DNA of 61,254 nucleotides, the filler included, from Chloroflexota bacterium (GTDB taxonomy: Bacteria > Chloroflexota > Chloroflexia > QHBQ01), in NCBI GenBank assembly GCA_043754535.1. It is 6 parts of 6 records of this genome, joined end to end, with 100 filler letters (N's around TTAATTAATTAA, not from the genome) between each part and the next. Parts side by side here need not be neighbours in the genome. Positions count along the whole stretch, not along the records: positions 46,648 to 57,561 come from JAYUUN010000079.1; positions 57,662 to 61,254 come from JAYUUN010000080.1; 4 more parts are not named here. One strand, 5' to 3'. A program made the translations under genes and the position numbers. The notes under the pieces are model-generated. The model saw only the letters and a list, made by a program, of their open reading frames with translations. It ran no database searches and had not been told where the DNA came from. Each line of letters opens with the position of its first letter. Position 1 is the first letter of the stretch. Shown here piece by piece: positions 48,233-58,092 of this stretch.

Positions 48233-49027
48233 ATGTCGCAGAACTACGACCCGAACAACCCGAACAACCCCCAGGGTGGCTACGGCCAGCCGCCCGCAGA
48301 CGGTCAGCAGCCGCAGGGTGGCTATGGCGCGCCTCCGCCTTACGGAACGCCACCCCCCAGCGGCTACGGCACACCACCCCCCGCTGGCTACCAGCAGCCA
48401 CAGGGCTATCAGCAGACCAACTACCAGGCACCAGATATGAACAAGGCTGCCGTCAACGTTGGCAACGACCTTGCTGCTCTGCCCCAGAAGTGGCTTACGG
48501 CGTTGACCAAGCCCTCCACCGACTTCTTCGCCCGCGAAATGCCCAACGCCAACTGGACGACGATCCTGGTTGGGGCGGGTATCGCTGCTGTGGTCTCTGC
48601 CATCTTCTCGATCATCCGCGTTGGTGGAGCAACCGGTATCATCAGCGGCTTCATTGGCTCAGTCATTGGCCTGTTGATCGGTTCTGGCATCCTCTACCTG
48701 ATCGCCACCACCATCGGCAAGGGTCGTGGCAACTTCATGGTACAGACCTACCTCTACTCGCTCTTTAGCATCCCGATCAGCCTCGTCAGCAGCGTTCTCG
48801 GCATCATACCGGTAGTTGGTAGCCTGCTCGGCATCGCCCTCAGCATCTACAGCCTCTACCTGACCTACCTGATGTTGCAGCCCGCCCACAACATGAACAA
48901 GCAGAGTGCGCAGACGACTGTGATCGTGCTGTTCGTAATCGGCCTTGTCATCGGCATCCTGCTCCTCGTCGTCTTCGTCGGCCTACTGGCAACCCTCGGT
49001 CTGGCTGCGACTAGCAGCATCCGTTAA
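48233..49027 (+). CDS. Yip1-family membrane protein with a P/Q/G/Y-rich N-terminus
   Basis: QGGYG and YGTPPP repeats; WLTALTKPS..FF, IGKGRGNF and LQPAHNM. Confidence 0.8.
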   Translation: MSQNYDPNNPNNPQGGYGQPPADGQQPQGGYGAPPPYGTPPPSGYGTPPPAGYQQPQGYQQTNYQAPDMNKAAVNVGNDLAALPQKWLTALTKPSTDFFAREMPNANWTTILVGAGIAAVVSAIFSIIRVGGATGIISGFIGSVIGLLIGSGILYLIATTIGKGRGNFMVQTYLYSLFSIPISLVSSVLGIIPVVGSLLGIALSIYSLYLTYLMLQPAHNMNKQSAQTTVIVLFVIGLVIGILLLVVFVGLLATLGLAATSSIR

Positions 49028-49046
49028 CTATCAGCCGCTCAACAGC

Positions 49047-49086
49047 AAGGAGGCCACCTCACTTACGGGGTGGCCTCCTTCTTTTT
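49047..49086 (+). terminator. Rho-independent terminator
   Basis: AAGGAGGCCACC / GGTGGCCTCCTT stem followed by CTTTTT. Confidence 0.82.
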
Positions 49087-49104
49087 GCGAACCGCTCTAT
49101 AGGG

Positions 49105-50058
49105 CTAGACCCGCAGCCGCAGTGCGCCGCTGACCATCTCGAAGCTGGCCGGGGCGAGGCCGATCATCTCACCCTCAGTCTGCACAAAGAGGCGGGCGCG
49201 CGGGTTGCGGGGCATAACCCGCAGGCTCTGGCAGCGCAAGGTCTGCACCTTGTCCAGGTAGATGTGGCTGCCGTCGTACAGGCGTGGCACGTTGCGGATG
49301 GTCTCCAGCTTGCTGAAGTTGCCCATGATCACCACGTCGAACAGGCCATCGGCCATGTCTGCGTCGGGGGCCACCCGCATCCCACCGCCAAAATACTGGC
49401 AGTTAGCGACCACTACGCTGTAGACTTTATCGCGGACAGCCATTGGTTCGCCATCCACCTCCAATTGCACGTACTGGTTGCGGTAGCGCAGCAGGGTAGT
49501 AAAGAGGGCGGAGAGGTAGGGGAGATTGCCGCCGACCACCTTGCCAATCCCCTGGCGGCTGCGATCAGCGCGGTTGGCAACCTCTGCGTCGAAGCCGACC
49601 CCGGCCACATTGACGAAGTAGCGCGTCCCGGTGCCAGCCGCCCGCCCGCGCCGCTCATAACTGGCGCGGCCCGCGTCAATAGTCTGCACGCGGCCATCTA
49701 CCAGGCGGGCCAGCGACTCGCGCACGTCGCTCGGTACCCCGACGGTGCGGCCAAAGTCGCTACCCGTGCCAGCCTGCACCACGCCAAGTTGCACGCTGCT
49801 ACCCGCCGCCTCTGCCATGATACCGTTGACTACCTCGTTGATCGTGCCGTCACCGCCCACTGCCACCACCAGGTCAACCCCGCCCTGCACTGCCTGGCGA
49901 GTAATAAGGTAAGCATCGTTGCGCCGATTGGTGAAGGCGTAGCTATAATCGAAGGGCAAGCCCTCATGGCCGCGCAGGAAGGCATCGGCGGTCGGCCACG
50001 AACGCAGACCACGGCCACCACCGCTGATCGGGTTGATCACAAAGACGGCTTTCATCAC
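49105..50058 (-). CDS. Diacylglycerol kinase-family lipid kinase (YegS/BmrU-like)
   Basis: INPISG, VGGDGTINEVVNG, GTGSDF, FVNVAGVGFDA, YFGGG and DGLFD. Confidence 0.92.
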   Translation of the reverse strand: MMKAVFVINPISGGGRGLRSWPTADAFLRGHEGLPFDYSYAFTNRRNDAYLITRQAVQGGVDLVVAVGGDGTINEVVNGIMAEAAGSSVQLGVVQAGTGSDFGRTVGVPSDVRESLARLVDGRVQTIDAGRASYERRGRAAGTGTRYFVNVAGVGFDAEVANRADRSRQGIGKVVGGNLPYLSALFTTLLRYRNQYVQLEVDGEPMAVRDKVYSVVVANCQYFGGGMRVAPDADMADGLFDVVIMGNFSKLETIRNVPRLYDGSHIYLDKVQTLRCQSLRVMPRNPRARLFVQTEGEMIGLAPASFEMVSGALRLRV

Positions 50059-50094
50059 TCTACCACGCTTTCCTTCTCAACTTCAGCCAAAGAG

Positions 50095-50451
50095 CTAATC
50101 CTGCCCCTTGCTAGCTGCCCCAGTGGGGAGGTAGTGAGCTGCGGTTCTGTCTGTGCCGCCCAGTTGAGCTGCGAGGTCTACGATCACAGGCAGCGCGAGG
50201 CAGAAGAAGGAGCCAGCCCAGGCCAGCCGCCAGTAGGCCAGCGCAAAGGTCAGCAGCCCGCTACCCAGCCCGATCCAACCGATGCGCTGGGTGCGGTAGC
50301 TGGCTACCTTGGGGGCGTGCAGGTAGATTTCGTTGAGTAGCAGGATGACCATGCCCAAGACTAGCACTGCGCCAACCACGTAGAGCAGGATGCGCACCCG
50401 CCGATCCCGTACCGCCATCAACTGTTCTTCTGCTACAATGGGGTCTTCCAA
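50095..50451 (-). CDS. Small membrane protein
   Basis: TTG start after GGAGG SD; three hydrophobic segments. Confidence 0.55.
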   Translation of the reverse strand: MEDPIVAEEQLMAVRDRRVRILLYVVGAVLVLGMVILLLNEIYLHAPKVASYRTQRIGWIGLGSGLLTFALAYWRLAWAGSFFCLALPVIVDLAAQLGGTDRTAAHYLPTGAASKGQD

Positions 50452-50595
50452 CAAGGCTCCTCCGTTGCTGCTATTATAGCAGACTGGCCCACCAATTGCA
50501 CCTGTGCTACTGCACAACCTGTTGTCCTGGCCTGTGCTGTTGTGCTACAATGCCATACACATAGCAGCGGTGAATATGCAGGCTGGAGGCGGGTA

Positions 50596-52374
50596 ATGCT
50601 TGTGTACGGCGATTGGCAGCGACAGGCGGCGACCAGCGACCTGCTGCCAGAGTTGAGCGCGCAAGCCAGTGCGCTGGAGGTGACGGGGCCGGGGATTGCC
50701 CGACACAGTGGGCTGGTTGGACTGCTAATCGCTGCTGGTGAGCTAACCCAGGCTCTGGCTGACGATGCGGCACAGGCGGGCGTGGAGACAGAGACAGAAG
50801 CGGTGCGGGTCGCTAACCAGCTTACCTTCAATTTGGCAACCGCCCTCTATCGCTCCTATTGCCAGCCGCAGACCCCGCGCCTCTACCTGGGCAGCAGCTT
50901 GCTCGCTACCCTGCGCGGCCTGCCCCTACCGTCGCGCCTGGGGCTGAAGATGCCAGAGGGCTACGCTTACTACAGTCTCTACCCAGAGCTGTACTTTGCC
51001 ACTAGCGAGCAGCTGCGGGCCGAACGCCACCCCTGCACGCGGGTGATCGGTATTCGCAGCATCGGGGCCAGCCTAGGGGCAGCAGTTGCCGCCGTGCTGG
51101 GCAGTGAGCCTCCAACTACAGTGCGTCCAGGCGGCCACCCCTTCCAGCGCGAGATCAAGCTAAGTAGTATGCTGGCTGACCGACTGCTGACCAACCAGGC
51201 GGCTACCAATTATGCCATCGTAGATGAGGGACCAGGGCTGTCGGGTAGTTCGTTTGGGGCGGCAGCCGACTGGTTGGAAGATCGCGGGGTGGCAGCGGAG
51301 CGGCTGCACTTCTTCCCCAGCCACGACTCCCCCCTGAGCATCCACGCCAGCGACCGCCACCGCCATCGCTGGCAGGCTGCCCGCAAGTATGTGCCGGATT
51401 TCGACGCGATGCTGATCCAGGGCAACCCCCCGCAGATGCGCCTGAGCGACTGGGTAGCCGACCTGACTGGCCCACTGGCTACTGAGCTTGAGGATGTTGG
51501 CTACGGCCAGTGGCGGGCAAAGCTCTACCCCGAAGCACGCATGTGGCCGGGGGTTAACTGCCAGCAGGAGCGGCGCAAATACCTGCTGACGGCCCAGGAT
51601 GGGCGCACCTGGCTGCTCAAGTTCGCGGGCCTTGGTCGCTACGGTGAGGAGAAGCTAGAGCGGGCGACGGTCTTGCAGCGGGCTGGCTTCATCCCGCCAA
51701 CCACAGGGCTGCGCCACGGCTTCCTGGTGCAGGAATGGTTGGCCGCCGCCCGCCCGCTGCCCACCGTCACCCACTACGACCGCTCCGCCCTGATCGCGCA
51801 GGTTGCCAGCTACCTGGCCTACCTGGTGAGCAGCTTCCCAGCCCCCCACGCCTGGCAGGGAGCCACCCCCGCGCAACTGCTGCACATGGCGCGCCACAAT
51901 AGCGAGCAAAGCATCGGCGCAGAGTACGCGAGCCTGTTGGATCGCTGGCAGGGGCAACTACCTACCCTACAAGCCAGCCAGCGGCGCACCGCCACCGACA
52001 ACAAGCTGCACGCATGGGAGTGGTTGGTGCTGCATGATGGTCGCTTGCTCAAGGCCGACGCGCTCGACCACCATGCCAGCCACGACCTGGTTGGCGCGCA
52101 AGACCCAGCCTGGGATATTGCGGGGGCGACGGTGGAATTGTGGCTGAACCCCACGGAGCAGGCCGCCCTGCTGCACCAGATTGGGCAGCGCGCGGGCTAC
52201 AGGGTAGACGCGGAGAAGCTGAACTTCTACACCGCCTGCTACCTGGCCTTCCAGATCGGCCATGCTGACATGGCTGCCGCTGTGATGGGCAACGACCTGG
52301 ACGAGGCGGGCCGCCTCAATTATGCCCGCGACCGCTACGCCGAGCGGCTACGTGGGCTGCTGGCTGGCTTGTGA
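50596..52374 (+). CDS. Hypothetical protein with PRTase-like and kinase-like regions
   Basis: ATG 50596 with GGAGG SD. PEGYAYYSLYPE, GIRSIG, IVDEGPGLSGSSF, ERRKY, LLKFAGLG, DNKLHAWEW and KADALDH. Confidence 0.65.
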   Translation: MLVYGDWQRQAATSDLLPELSAQASALEVTGPGIARHSGLVGLLIAAGELTQALADDAAQAGVETETEAVRVANQLTFNLATALYRSYCQPQTPRLYLGSSLLATLRGLPLPSRLGLKMPEGYAYYSLYPELYFATSEQLRAERHPCTRVIGIRSIGASLGAAVAAVLGSEPPTTVRPGGHPFQREIKLSSMLADRLLTNQAATNYAIVDEGPGLSGSSFGAAADWLEDRGVAAERLHFFPSHDSPLSIHASDRHRHRWQAARKYVPDFDAMLIQGNPPQMRLSDWVADLTGPLATELEDVGYGQWRAKLYPEARMWPGVNCQQERRKYLLTAQDGRTWLLKFAGLGRYGEEKLERATVLQRAGFIPPTTGLRHGFLVQEWLAAARPLPTVTHYDRSALIAQVASYLAYLVSSFPAPHAWQGATPAQLLHMARHNSEQSIGAEYASLLDRWQGQLPTLQASQRRTATDNKLHAWEWLVLHDGRLLKADALDHHASHDLVGAQDPAWDIAGATVELWLNPTEQAALLHQIGQRAGYRVDAEKLNFYTACYLAFQIGHADMAAAVMGNDLDEAGRLNYARDRYAERLRGLLAGL

Positions 52375-52386
52375 CTGGCAGCTTCA

Positions 52387-53421
52387 TCAACGCTGCACCT
52401 TCTCGGGCTGATCACGGGTGGCGACCCAGCAGGCCAAGACGAGGCTGGAGACTTGGTTAGCTACATACGCTACCTGATCGAGCCTGGCCGGTTGGAGGAT
52501 GGGCAGCGGCTGCAACTGCTGCCTGCCAGCAAGCTGCCGTGCAAGCCGCTGGTGCAGGACTAAGCGCGCCACCACTAGCCCCAACCCCCCCTCGGCACCC
52601 ATCACCCTGACCGTGCGGAGCAGCCGCCCGCTGCCCCCCTCTACCACTGCTACGCCTTCTGCTACGCTGAGGTAGTAGTACGCACCGTCGGTGGAGGGGG
52701 CTACATAGCGCGGTAGGATGGTGTTGCCATCGACGCGGTAGCTGCCGCTCTCTGCCCCGGCTACCGTTAGGGTTGGTGGCACCGTGGCGGTCAGCAGGGG
52801 TCTGCTGCTTAGCTGGTAGCTAGCGGTGTCCATCGTCAGCAGCCTGCCGTCCTTTGTTGGCACCACCAGGCGGCTACCGTCGGGGTTGAGGCTGGGTGAC
52901 AGGCTGCTGTCTGGCTCGGCCCCCGCTTGCAGAGAGAGTCGCTTCTGCCGCTGCTCGATGACGGTGAGCAGGTCGTAGCTGCCCTCTCCCCGCTCACTGT
53001 GGCTGCTGACATAGAGCTTGTCGTGTTCGCGGTCGTAGGCCAGCCCACGCACTCCCGCATCTAGCACCGCAACGGTGCGGAGACCGAACGAGTTGGGGGC
53101 GGCCAGCGGCTTGCCCTCGCCCACCGTTAGTGCATCAGCGATATCGTAGATGTAGAGGTTGTTGTTGTCGCGGCTGGCGATCAGCAGCCGCCCATTGCCG
53201 CAGGCCACTACCGGGGCAGCCAGCTTCGCCGGACGCACATAACCCAGCAGCCGCTCCTGGCCTACAGTCAAGTCTAGTACCGCTGCCCCACCGCTGCTGG
53301 GCAAGGCAAGGCAGCCATAGTGCGCTGGTAGGGGCAATGGGGCATCCGCGCCACAACCGAGCAGCAACAAGCAGAGGGTGACAGTAAGTAGTAGATTAGA
53401 GCCAGCCGTTCTTCTACGCAT
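52387..53421 (-). CDS. Lipoprotein with probable YncE/YVTN-like beta-propeller
   Basis: LLLLGC lipobox; blade-like repeats GLAYD...KLYVS, LNPDGSRLVV and PSTDGAYYYLS. The C-terminus is doubtful. Confidence 0.6.
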   Translation of the reverse strand: MRRRTAGSNLLLTVTLCLLLLGCGADAPLPLPAHYGCLALPSSGGAAVLDLTVGQERLLGYVRPAKLAAPVVACGNGRLLIASRDNNNLYIYDIADALTVGEGKPLAAPNSFGLRTVAVLDAGVRGLAYDREHDKLYVSSHSERGEGSYDLLTVIEQRQKRLSLQAGAEPDSSLSPSLNPDGSRLVVPTKDGRLLTMDTASYQLSSRPLLTATVPPTLTVAGAESGSYRVDGNTILPRYVAPSTDGAYYYLSVAEGVAVVEGGSGRLLRTVRVMGAEGGLGLVVARLVLHQRLARQLAGRQQLQPLPILQPARLDQVAYVANQVSSLVLACWVATRDQPEKVQR

Positions 53422-53557
53422 AGCTGGATTATAGCATAGTGCTGCCCCAGTTGCCGCTCAATTTGGTATAATTAGCTACAAACTACATTGCCAACCACTG
53501 CTAGCTGGCCGCCCAGCCCCGATTACTCGCTGTTCAACTCACAATGATGGAGAACTC

Positions 53558-54664
53558 ATGGCCCTCACGCTCGGTATTATTGGCTTGTCCAAGAGCGGCA
53601 AGACGACCGTATTCAACGCCCTCACCCGCAGTGAGGCACAAACCAGCGCATACGCCAACTCTGGCTCGGAGCCGAATATGGCGATGGTCAAGGTGCCGGA
53701 TGAGCGACTCGACACCCTGGCAGCAATTTTCAGCCCCAAGCGCGTGGTTCAGGCCGACGTGCAGTACACCGACGTGGCGGGCCTGAGCAAGGGCGCGGGC
53801 AAGAACGAGTCCTTCAGCCGCCAGTTCCTCAACTACATCAGCAAGGTGGACACTCTCGTACACGTCGTCCGTGCCTTCAGCAACGCCGACGTGCCGCACC
53901 CAGAGGAGACGATCAATCCCCTGCGCGACGTGGAGACGTTGGAGTTGGAGATCACCTTCAGCGACATGGCGGTGATGGAGAAGCGGATCACCAAGCTGCG
54001 CGAGGGTATCGCCAAAATTAAGGGGCCAGAGCGCGAAGTGAATGAACGCGAACTGGCCGTCCTCGAACGGCTGCTACCCGAACTAGAGGCTGGCAAGCCG
54101 ATCCGCGACCTTGACCTGAGCGAGGACGAGGAGCGTGCAATCCGCAACTTCCAGTTCTTGACTGCCAAGCCGATGCTGGTGCTGCTCAATATAGACGAGA
54201 GCCAGTTGGCCGAGAGCGAGTGGTTGATCGCCGAGGTGCGGGCCAAGCTGCCCTTCAAGAACACCGAGGTGGCCGCCATCGCCGGGCAGATCGAGATGGA
54301 GTTGACCCAGTTGAGCGATGAGGATGCTGCTGTGTTCCTCAGCGAGTACGGCCTCAAGCAGTCGGGCCTCAACCGGGTGATCGGCCTCTCCTATAAGCTG
54401 CTTGGCCTGATCAGCTTCCTCACCGCCGGGGCCGACGAGTGCCGCGCCTGGACGATCCGCAACAACACCAACGCGCAGAAGGCGGCTGGTACGATCCACA
54501 GCGACCTTGAGCGGGGCTTCATCCGCGCCCAGGTGGTTAGCTTCGACGACCTGGTGGCCGCTGGCAGCCTGGCCGAGGCGCGCAAGCGAGGAACGCTCCG
54601 CAGCGAGGGCAAGACCTACCTGGTCAAGGATGGCGATGTGATCGAGGTGCTGTTCAACGTCTAG
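53558..54664 (+). CDS. ychF: Ribosome-binding ATPase YchF
   Basis: GLSKSGKTTVFNALT, DVAGL, FLTAKP, AAGTIHSDLERGFIRA and C-terminal KDGDVIEVLFNV. Confidence 0.95.
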   Translation: MALTLGIIGLSKSGKTTVFNALTRSEAQTSAYANSGSEPNMAMVKVPDERLDTLAAIFSPKRVVQADVQYTDVAGLSKGAGKNESFSRQFLNYISKVDTLVHVVRAFSNADVPHPEETINPLRDVETLELEITFSDMAVMEKRITKLREGIAKIKGPEREVNERELAVLERLLPELEAGKPIRDLDLSEDEERAIRNFQFLTAKPMLVLLNIDESQLAESEWLIAEVRAKLPFKNTEVAAIAGQIEMELTQLSDEDAAVFLSEYGLKQSGLNRVIGLSYKLLGLISFLTAGADECRAWTIRNNTNAQKAAGTIHSDLERGFIRAQVVSFDDLVAAGSLAEARKRGTLRSEGKTYLVKDGDVIEVLFNV

Positions 54665-54705
54665 GCTAGATAACCCTAAACCAACGCCAAGTCAAGGAGA
54701 TGCTG

Positions 54706-54789
54706 ATGCGCCCTGCCAAAATGCACGCCAATGAGCTGGACACCGACGCGTTGCTGGTTGGTCGGCTGTTGGCAGCGCAGTTCCCCCAG
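54706..54789 (+). pseudogene. 5' remnant of an aminoglycoside-phosphotransferase-family gene
   Basis: AAGGAG SD, then MRPAKMHANELDTDALLVGRLLAAQFPQ, the typical N-terminus of this family. Similarity ends where the AT-richer DNA starts. Confidence 0.65.
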
Positions 54790-55059
54790 GTTCAGGTTGC
54801 TTACTACCCAGAAACCCAAACCTGCGGTGATTATCGATGCAGGTCTGCCTGACTACGAATATAGGCCCGGAGGAGAACATGGCAAGTAACGATCTCATAT
54901 GCGCTGTCACTCAGCTTGGTAAGTGGCGACTTGCTCACAATGGTAAGCAGGCACTTAACTGCTACCCTAACCATTTTCTTGAACCATCAAGACACCGGTA
55001 CTCTCATCTTATTATACGAGTGTAGGCTGCTGCACTTTCTCGTTGCAAGGATGCACATC

Positions 55060-56439
55060 ATGAATAAGACTCCTATCTGCAAGTTGCTGGACCTTTGCCT
55101 GCTTCGATCTACGGCTGGCTTGGATGCAGCACATGACTACATACAGGCAAACGCTGAACTTCAAGAGCGAGCTGATGTTCTTACCGTTGTAGGTGCCTGG
55201 TATTTTCAGCAGGCAATACAGGAGGTACATAATCACAAAGCGTTTCGCGATGCAGTTCACTGGCTACGCAGAGCAGCCACAGTACAACCCCTTGATACAC
55301 GCACTTACTACTTACTAGGCCTCTGCTATGAGCTAGGTCTCTTGGATTATGAGCAGGCTTTTGTAGAGTTGCACAAAGCTATCGAGCTGAATCCTTACTA
55401 TGCAAGTATCCTAGTAAATGTTGCTAGCGTTCTTTATGGAGTACCAGAAGACGTTATTACTTTGGAAGAATCCATTCAACTTTTGGAACGTGCTACAAAG
55501 TTGGAACCAGACAACTGGATTGCATTCGCAAGGCTGTCAGACAGGTATCAAGAGGCTGATAGAGCATTTGAGGCAGGACAGGCTTGGCGCAAATCAATCC
55601 TGCTCTCCACCCCATCCGAAGAGAGAAGACTCGATCTGCTGTCAGCGGTAAAACAGGATAATGTAGAACATATTTTGTACATAGCTGGTCTACTTCGTAA
55701 CTACCGTCAATATGAGGCTGCGGCTGAGAAGTACCATGGGGCTATAGGAAAAGTAGGGGAACAGCCTGATGTATTGGCTGCACTCGCTGACTGTCACTAC
55801 GCTCTTGCTTATCCTTCTGAATCTTTTAGACAGTTGAGAGGCATTGAATGGGTAGAACAGATGGTAGCGAACGGAGACACCAGTGCTGATCTAATGATAG
55901 TCATACAAAGTTACCATGTCACACGACCTGTTAATGATCCCAGATTCCATTACAAAGAAGCCTTGAGGCTTATGGAGCGAGCAGCTACCATTGCTCACAC
56001 CGACGCACGGTTGCATTATATGCTAGGCAAGTATCTAAGCCACTCAAACTTGCAGCTTGCTGCGAGTAAGTATCGGCGAGCAATTGAACTTAATGCGGTA
56101 TTCGGTTCAGCCCTGTTTGCAGCAGCAGAGCTGTATGATAAGGCTAGCGGAGTAGTTAGCTTGCCAGAAGCTGTTGACTGGACGGAGCGTGCGCTAAAGG
56201 TAAGTCCCGACAACCCAATTTACCACTTCCAACTAGGCAACCTCTATCGCAAGGCAGAACGTGAGGAAGATGCTATTGAGAGTTGGAGCAAGGCTCTCCT
56301 GTGCGCCGAGTCGCTGGACGAAGAACACCTCAAGATTATAGAGGACACATACTGCAGAGCAGAGCAAGGTTTAGTTAGGTCCTGGCACAGAAGCAAGAAA
56401 GGAGGCAGTCACCACAAAAGAGAGCCTTGCAGACGATGA
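55060..56439 (+). CDS. TPR protein (AT-rich, two similar halves)
   Basis: KAIELNPY / RAIELNAV and VITLEESIQLLERA / VVSLPEAVDWTERA. Start is uncertain (55051 or 55060). Confidence 0.7.
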   Translation: MNKTPICKLLDLCLLRSTAGLDAAHDYIQANAELQERADVLTVVGAWYFQQAIQEVHNHKAFRDAVHWLRRAATVQPLDTRTYYLLGLCYELGLLDYEQAFVELHKAIELNPYYASILVNVASVLYGVPEDVITLEESIQLLERATKLEPDNWIAFARLSDRYQEADRAFEAGQAWRKSILLSTPSEERRLDLLSAVKQDNVEHILYIAGLLRNYRQYEAAAEKYHGAIGKVGEQPDVLAALADCHYALAYPSESFRQLRGIEWVEQMVANGDTSADLMIVIQSYHVTRPVNDPRFHYKEALRLMERAATIAHTDARLHYMLGKYLSHSNLQLAASKYRRAIELNAVFGSALFAAAELYDKASGVVSLPEAVDWTERALKVSPDNPIYHFQLGNLYRKAEREEDAIESWSKALLCAESLDEEHLKIIEDTYCRAEQGLVRSWHRSKKGGSHHKREPCRR

Positions 56440-56644
56440 GACCACTGGAGAGTTCACCCAATTCGGTAGGGGTAACTTTCTAGAGACTGGTCAGCGCGCA
56501 CTTGATGCTGCTAAAGGCACTGGAGCTAACGTGGAAATGGACTTCTCTAACCCAGAAGCTGCAGCAGCAGCACAAAAGCTGTTCGATAGGAGAGGCATGA
56601 ACATCCGATGCGTCTACGTTCCACCGCCAGCTGGCGGCTTCTAG
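56375..56644 (+). pseudogene. Start-less toxin C-terminal remnant resembling Tox-REase-5
   Basis: Open frame between TAG 56372 and TAG 56642 reads ...FLETGQRALDAAKGTGANVEMDFSNPEAAAAAQKLFDRRGMNIRCVYVP.... It lies upstream of an Imm52-like gene. Confidence 0.55.
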
Positions 56645-56863
56645 ATGACGAGCAGTGCAAGTTGAGCAGAGATGGGCTTAAGAATGAACAAAATCTTAGA
56701 CTTGAATAAGCGTGCCTACAGCACTTGGTGAGGCCTTTGTGTCTGTGCCAAGAGCAGAAGTAACGTTCTAGTCGACGATAAGCCGGATGATGCTGAAGTG
56801 TCGTTTCGTGGGACGGTACAGACTAGTTCTGTGGCAACTAAAACATTCGGAGGGAGATCAGGT

Positions 56864-57561
56864 ATGATAGAAACTTACATTGCAGCCGCTTACTGGGGCG
56901 CACGTGAGGAGTCGCTGGAGCAGTGTACATCGCGACTGTTCAACTTCATGGAATGCTTCACCAAACTACATCATTCGTTTAGCACATGGCTAGATGTCCG
57001 TGCTAAGGGTTATGCAAAGGGCTATAAGGGCCGTAAGGCTGGAGTAACAAGGGTTCTCCGCATCAACGATGTAGATGAGATAAGGAGCTTGCTTCTTAAC
57101 AGACTAACCAACGACGACGGGAGAGTCCTTGAAGAACTAGGCTTCAGTGTCTTCCTCGCGAATGCGTTGAACAAAGAGCCAGGAACATCAATCTCGGTCA
57201 CCTGTGGGTGTTCAGTAGACGGTGTACCTAGCTGTTGCGTTATCTATCTGCCTTATGGGAGCGGAACAGGATCGGAAGTTCTGACCACTGATGTACTAAC
57301 GTCGATAATGAACTGCTTGGTTTCATCTTGGAATCCAACGTGGGGGATTGTTCAATCTGGTCACTACAGACAAATGATTGAACCGTCATCTAAGCAGGCA
57401 GCGCACATCGGCTGGCTTACCTACTTGTCAAAGAGTTATGGTACCATTCCATCACTGGGCAATGACATTCAAGTACAAGAGATGGGCCAGTCTGGATCGC
57501 TGATTACCTTGACAAGAGAACGCTTTACTGTCAGCAATCCCACTCACCTTCAGCTAGCTGC
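56864..57561 (+). CDS. Imm52-family immunity protein (3' truncated)
   Basis: MIETYIAAAYWGAREESLEQC..., ELGFS, SVTCG, WNPTWG, IGWLTYLS and GSLITLTRERFTVSNPTH. Confidence 0.8.
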
Positions 57562-57661
57562 NNNNNNNNNNNNNNNNNNNNNNNNNNNNNNNNNNNNNNN
57601 NNNNNTTAATTAATTAANNNNNNNNNNNNNNNNNNNNNNNNNNNNNNNNNNNNNNNNNNNN
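57562..57661. other. Artificial contig-join spacer
   Basis: N44-TTAATTAATTAA-N44. Confidence 0.98.
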
Positions 57662-58092
57662 TGCAGGATGGCAGCCTGATCTACCTGCTACCCGAAGGGC
57701 TGCTGGAAGGGGAAGGACTGGGCAGCCTACCCGTTGCCGCTTCGCTCACCAACCTCAGCATTGGGCTAAGCAGTAGCGAGGGGGAAGACTGCGGCGTAGC
57801 TTTCGGCACCGCTGACCGCTTTACCCTGCTGCGGATGACAACTGGCGGGCCGAACACCACCCTGCTACGCGCCTTTGAGTTCAAGGACAGCAACTTCGCC
57901 GCGCCATCGGCTAGCGTAATGGTGGCTGACCGCTACGCAGGTGTGCCACATCAACTCAGCATCACCAACACCGGCCTGGTGCAACTTGACGGCCAACCAG
58001 CCTTTACCGTACCCGACCTCGACCTCAGCCATCCGCTGCTCTACGCCAGCGGCAATGGCTGTACCTTCAACCACTTGGAGACCAGACCATGA
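57662..58092 (+). CDS. Hypothetical protein, 3' part
   Basis: Frame is open from 57664 (QDGSLIYLLP...) to TGA 58092; ATGA overlap with the VirB4-like gene. Confidence 0.65.

Noticed and set aside
19853..57661. Recurring TTAATTAATTAA flanked by N runs (five copies)
   Set aside because: Identical 100-nt artificial joins, not a biological repeat. ORFs ending in X...LIN are artefacts, and cross-gap synteny (for example RHS next to csm3, or Imm52 next to VirB4) is meaningless.
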